In this document: positions 24,830 to 38,039 of the stretch, in pieces
Layout: the number at the start of each line of letters is the position of its first letter
Position numbering within the stretch: position 1 is the first letter of the stretch
NCBI GenBank assembly: GCA_048013815.1
Contig: CM106586.1
Location: 19,964,001 to 20,028,000, forward strand
Source of the DNA: Setoptus koraiensis
Lineage: Eukaryota; Animalia; Arthropoda
Reading direction: 5' to 3'
Length of the DNA: 64,000 bases
Made by a program: the position numbers and the translations under genes
The notes under the pieces: generated by a model
What the model saw: only the letters and a program-made list of their open reading frames with translations
Told to the model about the DNA's origin: nothing
Database searches by the model: none

Positions 24830-26386
24830 GGTAAGAATCGATGAAAGCAGCAACGGCGACTATTTGTCTAGTAGGCTGCTGGGTATAATAGGTAAACATA
24901 CGATATAATTAGAGATCAGATGAGATCAAAGCAGATGAAACGAAAACAGATGAGACGGGATCACTCACTTGTTGTTGAACCGTCATCGTGTTTATCCTTT
25001 CATTTGTTCAAGTTTATAATCACAACAACTACAACTACTTTTTCTTTCGTCTCGCCATCTATGTGTCTGCTGATCTGTGTGCTGGCCGATTGTCTAATTA
25101 TTACTCTAATCAGAGTAGTGACAGAGACACAGCGAGAGAGAGAGCGAGAAAAGTATTATCAGTCATTGAGAATCATCGGTTTTGCAGCCTCTCTATCCTG
25201 TCTGTCTAATCCATCTGTTTCATCGGTGGACACACATAGATAGCGATGCTGATAGAAAGCAATGAACTGCTACTATTGTTGGTACTCTTGTTGCTATTAC
25301 TGTCTCTCACTTTCGAACTGACGATAATGATGATGCTCAGTCATTGGGTTTATCTGAAAACTCACCCAAGTGGCAACTCAGTTAGCTAATGGCAACTAAA
25401 CAAGGTGAGCTTGAATCAATGTTTCATACACACTCACAACAGTGGCAAAAGTTAGCCTTTTTAATTGCCAACAATAGACTTGTTCAGACACACAACTAGC
25501 CAGCAACAATAAAAAAAAGGAGCCAGTGAGAGTCCATTCGATCAGGCCAATTAAGCGAGTGATTTATTCGTCTAAATCATTTTCGAAAAGCAACATTGTC
25601 TCAGATGGCAGCCAGCAAAACCGATAAAGTTGAACGCAGCCAGACCAGTCCGGATGAGTAAGAGGGGTATAACCAGATAGTGCACTTTCACTCGTCATAT
25701 TTGTGTGTATTAACCCCATTGACTTGATATTTCACCACTAACTGCGGATCAAAGAGAAAGGTTTTTCCTGCATCACAAGCGACCATCCAGTGTGCATAAA
25801 AGCAAAAATGAGCAGCAACAACAAGCCGAAAATCCCAGAAATTTCAGATAAAATTTTACTGGTTGTAAACTGGAGTTTCGGTCAAGCGAATCCGGCCAAT
25901 CATCCAATCCGAGCGAATGCCACTTATTGACCGGACTGTCACATTGCAAAAATAGTGCGCCCAGGTTGGCGCAAGTGCAGCCCGAGAGACGCACTAGTTT
26001 CAGGTCACTACTCATGATGGCAGAATCATCATTTCGGGTCTCCTCTTGGGCAGCGAATTGCGCCAGCTCGTAATACAGTGCAAATGGACAAGTATCGTAC
26101 CGTCTGAGGTAGACGCCACGGCATTATGTTGGTGCAAAGGAGTGTCATTGAGAAAGAGGTTTACCTTGTTAGAATGAGTTCAACAAACACATATTGCTTG
26201 TTGTAGGTGTAGTTTTTGTTAGTGGTTGTTTGTTGCTCAAGATAGAAATGTCGGTATGTGGAAAGCTGTCGCTGGCGCTGTCGTTAGTGTTGTTGCTGGT
26301 GTTGTTGTTGTTGTTGTTGGAATCCTTCGGGGAGACCGTGAGTGCTCACACGGCGCTCTTTGTGTGCCACTATGTCTGCCACACAA

Positions 26387-26815
26387 CAACAACAACCGAG
26401 ACAACAACAACAACAACAACAACAACGACATCAACGGCACGAAGAATTGCAACTTTTGATTATGTAGCTCACTCAGCGAAAATGTTATTGCTGCTAGCTG
26501 GCTGTCGGAGAAGCGGCCCGACCGGCTACTTTATTTGGTCAAGTTCCAGGCTCGCTGATGGCTGGCTGGCTGTGTGTAGTTGTTTAGTTGGGCGAGTGAG
26601 TAGTTTTATCGACGAGTGAAAGTAAAAGTGAGAGTTGCCAGAAAAGGCAGCCTGATCATGACGATGCCAGAAGCAAATGGTGATGTGGATGATGCCTGTC
26701 TCCTTGATGCCGGCAATAGTTCAACAGCTAAAGCGACAGCAACAGCAACAACGACGGCAACAACGACAGCAACAGCAACAACGACGGCAACAACGACAGC
26801 AACAACAATAATAAC
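26387..26815. repeat. Cluster of (CAA)n and (ACAGCA/ACGGCA)n simple repeats
   Basis: Runs at about 26387-26430 and 26733-26815 read directly. Confidence 0.85.
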
Positions 26816-28994
26816 AGGTACTGGCGCTGCAGTTGGTGTGCAGCGCACCGCCGAGATGATTATGCAATAAAATGATAATTAGATATTTAGGCAGGCGAAT
26901 TCTTTATTTTGTAGATATCAGCTGCATGCGGCCGTGCATCGGGCTCGTCCAATGGCTGCCATGATCATGATCATATCTTCATAAGTGCAACAGGAATCGC
27001 GTCGGACAGGTAGCGAACACTGCGAGCAATAACGACACAAGTGCTATTCATCTAGCCGTGTGTGTGGAATCATGGCGATAATAATTCGCGTCGGATTTGA
27101 GATGCAGTGGCGGATTGTTGCCGCCATTGTTGATCTGTTTTGGTTCTAGTTCTGGTTTGTTCTCGTTGTTACTGATGGTGCTCGGTTTGCGTCTTGCGTC
27201 AGCTGCTGGCTGAATGGCATTAGCGGCTGGCGGCGAGGCTGCTTCGAGTGGAAACTTCATCGCAGCAGCGGCAGCTTCACTTGCTCGCCATCATCTGGCA
27301 GCATCGCTCGCTGAACTTCTCTCTTGGCTCGCCGAGAGACTCGCCAAGAGAGAGGGACCAAGCTTAAGAGAGAGACCAAGCTGAAGAGAGGCTAAAAACT
27401 GCACCATTCAGCAACTGGTCGCCTAATGTCAGTCGGTGAGCAACTTTCACTGGCTGGCTGTACCGGCTCGCAACAACGCGGGCGATGCCGAGTCGATCGG
27501 TGCGCCATCAACCATCAAGTCATCGCCACTGACAAGGCAAGGGCAATAGGAACACCAATTTGGGCCACTCCGACAGCATACTTATTAGGAGAGACGGCGG
27601 CAGCAGCGCTAAGAACAAGGAAGCTGAATTTATGATCGTTGCACTCACACGATGGCGACGTTGGCAAGCTTGGCGCCGGCGCGTTGATCGTTGCCCATGC
27701 CCAGTGTCGGTGTTTATGCCAGCGCTGCCAGCCAGCTCATGCCGGCCAGGTGAGAGTTGGGGATATTTTTGTCCGGCGGAGTGTGTCAGATGAGTGGCCG
27801 AAAGAGTAAAAGTGAGCCACCACTGGTCAGACGCAACAGGCCACAAGCTATGCGCTGGCGAGCTGGCCAGCATCGGCGGCGGCGACGGCGGCGGCGGCAG
27901 CGGTCGTGCAGCGAGGCCAAACACAAAACAATCAACTTGTCAACAATCTATCTTAATAGTAGGTAAGGCAATATGTGTGTGAGCAGCACAATTCGAAAAG
28001 AGCCCGTAGCGCCGAGCGCCGAGATTGCAGCTGGCAGATAGGCGTGCGGAATGCATGATTATTATCATATTCGCCATGATGGAGCGAGCTATTCAATTTT
28101 CAACAGCAACAACAACAACAGCAACAACAGCAGCAACAGCAACAACAGCAACAACAGCCAAAACAACGCCGCCAACGACAACAGCAACCGAACAACAACA
28201 GAAACGGCCCGCTGAATGAATTATCCGATTGTCCGATGATTAGAGGAGGAAGTTAACTTTGGTTTGTTTGTGCGCAAGCGGCGGCAGTGGGCATCGACAA
28301 CGGAACAAACACTTTCTCCCTTTGTGAAGCACTTGCTCAGGTGAAAAGAAGCGAAAAGAAGCCAAAAGTCGCTAGGGAGACGCTAGCGAGAAACAACACA
28401 ACTCTCATGAATTTGTAAATTTTTTCAAGGAACACACACACTCGTATTGCCATTGTGTGCCGATGTGTTTATCTTTCCTCTCTCTTTCTATTCTTGTTTC
28501 AACATGTGATATTATTTCACAAATGTGTGTGTGTCCAGTCATTGTGATTGTGTGTTGCGTAAAAACACTTTCGAAGAAATGTCGGCCCAACTGGTATTAC
28601 GATATTCCATGCTTGATTGACTTGGCGCTAGAGAGAGATCTCCAGCTCCGAATCACAGCCACGACAGCCTGTCGCGGCAGGCTGGCGTGGCCAGTGGCAG
28701 CTCACGCATAGCTCGGCCACGGCTCAGGTACGGCTTGCCAGAAGCGCAAAGAACAATTCTCTGTGCTCAACTCTTTGTATTCGGTCATCACTGTTACAAA
28801 GAGCAGCGACAGCTCATAGATTGCCACTCCTGATTACATCATCAATCGAAACTGAGCCATGCCGTATATTAGTTAAGATCTAAGTTGGGAGTTGTTAGGC
28901 TAAAACAAGACATTATGACATCATGACGACTAAAAATACCGGCTCGCACACTGGCTGCGCCGCGCTGGCTTGCGAGCAGAGCCAGAGCCAGCGC

Positions 28995-29028
<34 letters not shown>
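28995..29028. repeat. (CGA)11 microsatellite
   Basis: Read directly. Confidence 0.9.
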
Positions 29029-32000
29029 TAGCCCTCAAGACTCTCGAGTCGAGAGCCCGAGACGGCGCATGCCAGCCAGCGATCAGCCGCGCGGCGCTAG
29101 CGACGATAATCGAAAATAACACACACACACACACACACACAGCTAACTACGATTAGAGCCCGGCTTGCGATGTTCATTCATCAATGAACATCGCTCGCCG
29201 AGCTTCGAATTGCAACAGGTGTGATTTTGTCTCTGGGCCTGCGCCTGGCTTCGGTGCTGGCTCGGTCGCTAGCTTGCCATCCTCTTGCGGCTGTCTTCCT
29301 CAAACATGTCGTTTTTTGTTGCCGTTTCGCTATCGTCACTAGTGGCTGGCGTACTATCGTCGACGTCGCCGCTGCCGCCGCCGCCGCTGCTATTGCCCAT
29401 GTCCTGCACTAAACGTCCAAACATGTCTGATGAAACTAGATAATAACTCTGCGCTCTCCACTGCTGCTCGGTCGCTCGTCGGGCAATGGTTGTCGCATGC
29501 CAATGCGCATACAAATACTATCGCATTTTGCGTCGGCATTCTATAATTTATATGACCAAATGTATCCTATCTCCGCCAGCGAAAGTAACTGCTAGTAACT
29601 GCCGCCTGCCAATCGGCCAGCCCGCCAGCCGGCGAGCCAGCCAACACCATTGATCATTTCAATGAGCCTCTGGCAAAGTCTTTGTCGCCATATTAGCAGT
29701 CTGTGTTGTTCGTATGCGGCATTGGCCCATACCAAGACCATGACTGCTTCACCCCGACACGATCATAAACGAATCATCATCGGGCTACTGTGTGTGTGTG
29801 TGTGTTTGCCCATAATGTCGAAGATATACTTGCAATGAGATTGCCAGTAGTTAGTAGGTGCACTGTTTGCTAACTGTTGAACGACCGGCAACAATTGATA
29901 ATTTAATTGTTTGTGTGTCGTCGTCGTCGCTTGATGTCGCTCGCTAGACGCCATAATGCCTATTGACGCAATGCATACACACATATTGCACACACATGTA
30001 AACTTCAGAAGAAGCCCCAAGGATAACGGCGCAACACAATTCCAATACAATACGATGACTGTTATACAATAATACTCTACTGTAATAATGGCCGCTTCAA
30101 GCCAGCGATCAGAGATTATCAACGAAAACACCGAAGCTCATTACAAAAACTCGGCACATTTGTCTGGCTGCCGTATGCCGTATGATTGAGTCATCACATT
30201 GGGCCGCTCATTACGTTATATTGCCTGGTCCACTAATGGCCATACTAACAAGTTTTGTGCTAACTTGTAGTATAGTAACGTTATTATGCTAACAAGTTGC
30301 TCATTATCATCATTGTTGGCGCTAACAAAACGCTGGCTCTCTATTATTACCTATTATTGCCATGCTCACAAGCTAATTATTAATTGTGTTGCATTTGCAG
30401 CCATTGTCTGTAGCATAGTCTGTCACATGTGTGTAGATGATTTCCGTCGTTGATTCATTTCGACTCATTCACAGCCGGAAGCATGACCGTGTACCGTCTG
30501 ACCACAGCCAATTGAGCACGGCCACCGGCTCACAAGTTGCGACCATATGCAAATAATCATGTTAGGCCGACGACAAAGACGACGACCAAGACGACGACGA
30601 CGACGACAAACATTAGGCTGAAATTGCGAGGTGTCATAAGTAAGCGTAATAGCACACGGTAATAATTATAACCGTCGCCTATCAATAACAGTCAACCAGT
30701 TGCCACAACCAGAAACACAACCGGCCAAGGCAATAACTGCATTTTGCATGCCATGGATGACATGAGAACACAATGGCAAGCTGGTCTACATACATGTAGA
30801 TAGTGTAGCGCAATGCGGAAGACTACAATCTAGAATATATCAATTATCAATATTCACCACCGCAACCACCGCTGTTGTCATTATCACAGAGCAAATCTCG
30901 CCGCGGTGCCCATTTAATTGTGCATGCATAATCAAAATAATAGCGACAAAAAAACACAATTATTCACATATACACAATAATTCAAGTGTAACTCCCTCAG
31001 AGTATCGTTCATTGCATAGAATGCCTACAATGCAATGAACGATACTCTGAGAGATCGGATAATTGTCACACTTTTATTTTTACTTTCTACAGCTTAGGAA
31101 GGAGCCATGCAAGGAGCAGTCCGGGAGATTGTGTTTCAACAACGCCGTTGTGGCCATTACATGAGCTACTTACATGACTTGCACTCATAAACAACAAAAA
31201 AATGGTTCAAGCTTTTGCGTCTGACAACACCATTAGGTCCGTTGCACCGTATTTCCGTCGTCGCAACTGTCGTCACTGGCGACCAATTCATCGCCATTCA
31301 TTACCAACTACCGCCTAATGTCACCTTGTCCGCCATCATCTGTTTGTAAATATTGATTTGCTACCGACAGTTACAGCTACTGACACCGACTTGTGTGTGT
31401 CTGTCGTCGTGTAACTGTGACAGATTACATCGTGACAGCACGAAAGTAACCATTAAAGTGATACAACGTTACATTCATTGCCTGTTGCAAATGAACGGCA
31501 TTGTATTTTGTGATATGTGTAACAGATAACGAGGGCCAGAGAAAATTACTTTTGCGCACAATACAAATCGAAGGTTCGACACAGCTCGTTTGAGGCAAAT
31601 AATTGCGTGTGTCGCTGCTACTAACAAGCCAAAACAGCTTGTTGTTTTGGCCGAAACACACAAAACACAGTCAAGATTGTTGACTCGAGAATCGCACTTG
31701 TTAAACGGTGATAATATCCGCAAATTGGGTGCACATCGGCCTTGAATGTTGTCACAAGGTGCACTATGGTTAGACGCATCGTTTCTTCATATTTCTTCGT
31801 TCACCTGTAAATCGAGCACAATCTGATTCGCTTTCAATGTCGAGGCGTTGTGTTTGGTTTGCGGCTCGGATTGATTCAGTCGCTGCGAGCCTGACGGTGT
31901 GAGGTGCAACTCGACAATGATAGGCTCACTCACAACTGACAACAGTAACAATTGACAGGTTAAACAGGTGAAAAGTGTTGAACGAACGGCGCGATATTTG

Positions 32001-32638
32001 TCTATAATACAACATGTAATTGCGACCATAATATACTACATTATACATCCATCAATGACAGCGCATTAATGAGCTTGTTATCTAAACAAACATTGGCCAC
32101 ACTTGATACGTTATACGTTTACCTGTCTGATGTAATAGTGTCAGTGGCGCAACAACAATAGTGATGATACCAATGGCTTGCTGGCTTGTTGCATTATCGC
32201 ATGAACGCATAGACGACACACATGGGCACAAAATAAAATGTGTTTGCGCACACACACACACACACGAACGCTGCGTTCTTCTTCTCTTTCACACGGTGTC
32301 TGCGAACATGCGATAATGCGAACAAGCGAATGAGCAAAGAGCGAAAATACGAAAACATGCCAACATACGAACTAGCAATGATGCTAAAATGCGAACGTGA
32401 TCGTCGATGGCGACACGAAGATTTACTATATATGCGCATCTATACCTATTTCTAACAGCATGAATGGGTGAACAAGAGCAACGTTACTGACATTAGTTAA
32501 TATTGTAGTTGCAGTAGGAATATATTGGAATTAGAAGCATTAAGCAGCGGATTTGTTGTGTGCGTACGAGAGAGAGAGAGAGAGAGATTTGTTGTTGTTG
32601 TTGTCGTTGCTGTTGTCCGCCCGCGATCGGCTTTCATC

Positions 32639-33547
32639 ATGAATCACAACAATCACGATCACAAGCTTAAGCAACAGCAACAAGAGAAGCCACCCCAACC
32701 CCAACCACCGCCACCACCGCCGGCACTACCACCACTACCACCACTACCGCCACTACCGCATCAGGCCGATGCAATAATGGAGCACGCCAAGAAGTTATGG
32801 TGGCGGCGCCTCAACCTGAGCCGGTCCAAGCTCAAGGCCTCGGCCAGGGCCTCCGCCCTGCTGTCCGGTTTCGCCATGGTAATTATCTTTATCTATTTAT
32901 ATTTCATCAGCATGGATATATCATTATGTCAAGGCCACCGCTGTCTAATTCGCTGTCTAATTCGCTGTCTAATGTCTCTCCCAATGTCCCATGTCCCATA
33001 ACTCATGCCGTCCAACTCCAAAACTCAGGTGGCCATGGTCGAGGTTCAGCTGAGCACCGATTCAGAGGTGCCCACCTGGTTGTTGGTGTCCTTTGTTTTG
33101 TGCACCACCTTCTTGATTGCCGTCCACATGCTGGCCCTAATGATTGCCACCTGTATATTGCCACATATTGAATCTGTGGCCATCATGCCCGGAACAAGCG
33201 AATTCTCAACGGACGACGGATCACATGACAGAATGAAAAAATACATTGAATTATCATGGTTTTTTAGTACCGTCATAGGAATATTTTTGTTCCTTGTAGA
33301 AATAGATCTTATATGTTGGGTTAAATTCTGGAACTATGGCGATAAATCGGGCACAAATGTCGGCCGTAATGCCTCTATAGCTGTCACATTAGTATTGATT
33401 CCGATTTTCATCGCATTTATATTTTTTGCAGTACAATTTTACAGGAACCTAGTATCTCATCAATTTGAAAAATCCGAGCGCGAAATACACGAGCTAGATA
33501 CGCTAATAAATCAGCTCAATTCTGACGAGACGGCCTCAGTGACATAA
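32639..33547 (+). CDS. Orai: Calcium release-activated calcium channel Orai; exons 32639-32878 and 33029-33547 (252 aa)
   Basis: Pro-rich N-terminus, LSRSKLKASARASALLSGFAM|VAMVEVQL (selectivity-filter Glu), TM2 AVHMLALMIATCILP, TM3 E..L.CWVKF and TM4 P...F..FAVQFYR.LVSH. 150-nt GT-AG intron, phase 0. Confidence 0.95.
32939..32973. repeat. 12-nt tandem repeat (CGCTGTCTAATT x ~3) in the Orai intron
   Basis: Read directly. Confidence 0.9.
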
Positions 33548-33937
33548 AAACAAATTAGGCAAATAATTGTTTCCTCCAATCTCGCATATTGTTATCATCT
33601 AATGTATCCGATAATGTAATTGAGAACATAAGAACACTGTTGAATTGTAGGCATTTTTATATATTTATTTTTATTATCATTCTTATGTCCTATTGTTCTT
33701 TCTCGGCTTTATCTGAATATTATACACCTCTGTAATAAAACATGCACTTAATCCACTAGATATAGTAGACCAATTGGTGTTGCTGCAACTTCCTTAATTA
33801 ACAATTCACTTTTCAACACACAAAAACAACAACAATATCAAACGATCAAATTCCATTTGATGCGCGATTAACAATTACTCTTCGAGTATAGGAACTACTT
33901 GTTCCAAACAAGTGTTAACTTCAACATACTACATAAC

Positions 33938-35350
33938 CTAAATCGGTAACTCGAAGTTCACCTCAACATCTGCTGCCTTGGCCAAACTAACTATCTGAGA
34001 TACTCTAACTGCAAGCTTTGCCGCATCGTCAAGATTGTCACGGGCATGAATTCTCATATTGCTGGCATGAATCAATGCTTGGGCGTCTTCAACTCTTGTA
34101 CCTTGTAATCTGACTATGATGGGTGTCTTTAGTTTTAATGTCTCGGCAGCGCTTATAATACCTTCTGCGATTACGTCACATCTCATTATACCACCAAATA
34201 TATTAACCAATATGGCTTGCACTTTAGGGTCACTAGAAATAATTCTAAAAGCCTCTGTTACCTGTTTAGCCGTTGCGCCACCTCCAACATCGAGAAAGTT
34301 AGCCGGGTTACCACCGTGAAGTTTTATTATGTCCATAGTGGCCATAGCTAATCCAGCCCCATTGACTAAACAACCTATATCGCCATCGAGGGCAATATAG
34401 TTAAGATTACTCTCGTTAGCTTGACATTCTCTAGGATCAGATTGAGACCAATCACGAGTACTAAATAGGTCCTTGTGGCGAAAGAAGGCATTATCATCGA
34501 ATCTACATTTGGCATCCAGGCAAAGAACTTTAAAGGAAATATTTGGCTAGTTAGATTTAATTACACGACGATCTATATTTTGGGAATGAATGAGCCACTC
34601 ATAATACTCACCCTTTCCTGACATCTCTTCAACAAAAGGATTGATCTCAACCATCGATGCGTCCTTATTAATAAAAACATTGTAAAGTTTAGTGATCATC
34701 TCAGCGGCTTCATCAATAGATGTTTCAGAAAATCCAAGCTTTTCTGCAACTCTTCTTGCCTGTTCCGGTAGGACACCCTTCACTATATCGATGGGTTCAG
34801 TAATTATTGCCTCAGGATTCTCTGCAGCTATTTCCTCAATATTAACACCACCCATAGAACTTGCCAACATAACGGGCCCGCCAAAAGACCTTTCCATCAT
34901 AATTGCGAAGTAAAACTCCTTCCTAGGGTACAATCGTTCAACTATCATAACTTCATTGCATATTACTCCCTTTTCTCCTGTTTGTTTTGTAATAAGCCTG
35001 CTGCCCAACATCTGACCAGCTAGTTTAGCTACCTCGCTCTCACTGAAGGCAATCCTAACTCCACCTTTGAGGCCACTATCGAAATGACCGCGACCTCTGC
35101 CACCGGCTAATACTTGAGCTTTGACGACAAAATCTTTGGATTCGAGAGTCTTCACCAAACGAGCTGCTTCTTCACTTGTTTTGGCTACACGGAAGTTTGG
35201 AACTTGTACTCCATTCTCCTGAAGTAGTTTCATCGATACATGCTCATGAACATTGAGATCCCTTTTGGGAGCGGCAGGGGTCAAGGCTCCTTTGGCTGAT
35301 CTGGTAAGCTGAATGAGCCTACATGTTTTCCTCCCCAGTATGCTGGCCAT
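33938..35350 (-). CDS. SUCLA2: Succinyl-CoA ligase [ADP-forming] beta subunit, mitochondrial; exons 35350-34612 and 34527-33938 (442 aa)
   Basis: [35 protein letters not shown]-type motif ([12 protein letters not shown]), [21 protein letters not shown] and C-terminal VNFELPI. 84-nt GT-AG intron. Confidence 0.95.
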
Positions 35351-36012
35351 GATTATAAATTGGTCGGGGTGATGAGCTAAATATAGATTTATTAATAATG
35401 ACAATAATACTAACAACAATGATATTTTTCTCAATATATTAAGTACGTTGTTTGACTTTAAACGAGAGCACAGTCTAATATCAAGCCCGCAACAATAACG
35501 TAATCCAATGGTTATGCACACTGAAAAAATTTAGTTATGAGAATTGTGCTCTCTCCACCAGTTTACTAGACAGCAACAATCTTGCTTGTAATTACATCGT
35601 GCGTCTGACATGATGCGTGATTGTGGTAACAATACCGGGTGTAAAATAAGTTCTAAAAATTCTCTGTGCGATTTTTTTCCACAGACAAACCTACATTTGT
35701 TTCTGTTCTTGTTGGGTGCATTTCTTTGTGCGTTGCCCACAAGGACGCGTACAATTTATCCTGTAGATTTAGATTGGAGTAAGTTCTGCACATTCGACAC
35801 TTAGGCACAGTTTATTGCGTGTGCACAGAATATTTTACGAAGTTATAGTTCACCCAGTACTGGCCTTACTGCCTGACAGTGGTAAGAAATAATCGTGTAC
35901 TGAATGGATTGCACCTAAAATTTAAGTTATAAATATTATTATTATAAATTAATGTTTTCTAATATTACGCAATATTATTATACTGATTGATTGAACATTT
36001 ACATAACAGAAA

Positions 36013-37607
36013 ATGCCAAAATTTCAACGTTGTTATTATGGCGAATGTCCTAGTGACAATCGCATTGATCCAAAGATCATCTTCTATAAATTCCCTAAAG
36101 ATATGGAGAGGTAAATATAAGATTTGATACACGCCAAAAGGCTCCTTCATATCACAGTATCTTACTCATCGATTAAAATGTTATTTGCGTCCCAAATAGG
36201 TGTCGGATGTGGGTGAAGAATTGTAACAATGCAGAATTGACAGAAATGTGGGAGAAAACACCGGATAAAGTATCAACCTTAAGAATATGTCAAAAGCATT
36301 TTCTACCTCAATTCTTGGGTTCGTCCAGTCGGCTAGTAGGACATGCCGTTCCAAATCCTATGGACACTGAGATTGACCCTGAAGAGTTTATGCAAACTTG
36401 CGCTGGCTTGAAATGCAACTCCGGTATAAACTACACCGTTATCAATGGAACTATACAAACTGGATACACTGTAAATCACAACGGAGTCAAACAAGGTGTA
36501 GGCGAGTCTATTGTAATCACTAACCCGATGACAGCTATGCAATCGATAAGGATTCCTACAAATAATCAGCCCGGAGCTCATTTCTTCGTCATTAATGATC
36601 CTAATGGCATGGATGCAGATAGTTTTGATACCATGAATATCGATTATGCTGAGTTGGGAAGCGTACACTCCAACATGATTACACCTTCTACATCTCGACA
36701 AGCTGGTAGATATCTCAATAACTCGATGAACAAATCATCTACACCTATGATGAATCGAGGTGTAGCAACTTATCATTTGAATGGTAGAACTGTATCAATG
36801 GTGATGCCATTCAATTCAAACAACGGTTCAATTGATAGAATCCACCATGATCAACAAATACAAGCCTATAAACAGAAAGTTAGATTTTACCAACGAAAGC
36901 TGGCCGTCACCAATCATCGATATCAGAAGATCAAAACTCAGGTGGGTGGTAGATCGAAGAAGGTTAGATTATTAGAAACTCTCAAAATGTGTAAAGGCGA
37001 TTTTGATCCTTGTGTATTCGAAATATTTAAGAGACAAGTGAAAGGGAAGTCTAAGCACGGTAATAGGTGGTCTGATGACGTTAAAGCATTTGCTGCCACT
37101 ATTTATTTGCGTTCTAAAGCTGCCTACAAACAGATAAGAAAGAAAATAGATTTGCCCTCGGACTCCATACTGAAACGTTACATAAATGAATCCGCCGACG
37201 CTATAGCCAAATACAATAAGAGCGATGATGAATTTGATGCTCTATCCACATCGTCTACGCCCCCACCAAAACAGGATGACCCCAAAGAAGATTCAGAACT
37301 CAACCGAAAAGAAGATTCACAAACGGACCTACAAGATGATTTACAAACAGATCTAACCGAAAATTCACAATCGGACCCGAAAGAAGATTCGCGAAACGAT
37401 CCACAGGAAAATCTACAAACAGATCCACAAGAAAATTTACAAACAGCAGAACCACAAGAAAATCTACAAACAGATCCACAAGAGAATCCACAAAAGGACC
37501 CAGAAGAAAGTTCACAACTCAATTCGAAAGAAGATTCTCAAATGGAAACATCAGTAGTTGACGGTGCTCTCTGTGAAGGTTTCGAGGAGGATGTGACACT
37601 GATGTGA
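36013..37607 (+). CDS. THAP-domain protein with P-element-transposase N-terminal motif and acidic repeat tail; exons 36013-36110 and 36200-37607 (501 aa)
   Basis: Splicing (AG|GTAAAT...AATAG|G) restores a complete THAP zinc finger: C-x4-C...FYKFPKD..R...W...C...RICQKHF...L...AVP. Later segment GNRWSDDVKAFAATIYLRSKAAYKQIRKKIDLPSDSILKRY is P-element-transposase-like. No catalytic domain follows. Confidence 0.85.
37280..37545 (+). repeat. Coding ~24-nt tandem repeat (DPQENLQT-like units), core 37398-37496
   Basis: gatccacaggaaaatctacaaaca / gatccacaagaaaatttacaaaca / ... with more diverged flanking units. Confidence 0.85.
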
Positions 37608-38039
37608 TCTAGTTTGACCTCTCGATTTTATAACAGCAAATAAATACAGCCTGTACTCTTAAATAAAGACACATAGTACATAACAATAACAAAGGAACAC
37701 AAGCCTGAACATAGTCCGCGAGCGTGTTTTATTCATTTGCAGTCCGCGCAACCTGTGTGTTGTGCGACCAGTGTTTTAGCCGCAGTCCTGCAGATTTGTT
37801 TCATATGGGTGATGCTGCTTATAACTGCAGACTGCAGTGCACCTCTAACGGCTCCTCTACGCGCAAAATCGTTTATTTGGTCCCTGCTCCTTACGCACAC
37901 GGATAATCAGCCAATGTGCGTGTTCTCAAAGAGCATGTGAGTAGTCAAATTACACCTGGTATATCCAGTATCAATTTTATCTATTGCCAAAGTCTTTTTT
38001 TATTTTAATCTAACAACTAATCAACTCATAACAACAGAA

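Noticed and set aside
32525-32638. TTG-initiated N-terminal extension of Orai (RERERE/VVVV)
   Set aside because: It is made of (GA)n and (GTT)n microsatellites; ATG 32639 is the more plausible start.
35608-35614. CATGATG (P-element TIR-like start) upstream of the THAP gene
   Set aside because: No matching inverted copy downstream and no target-site duplication.
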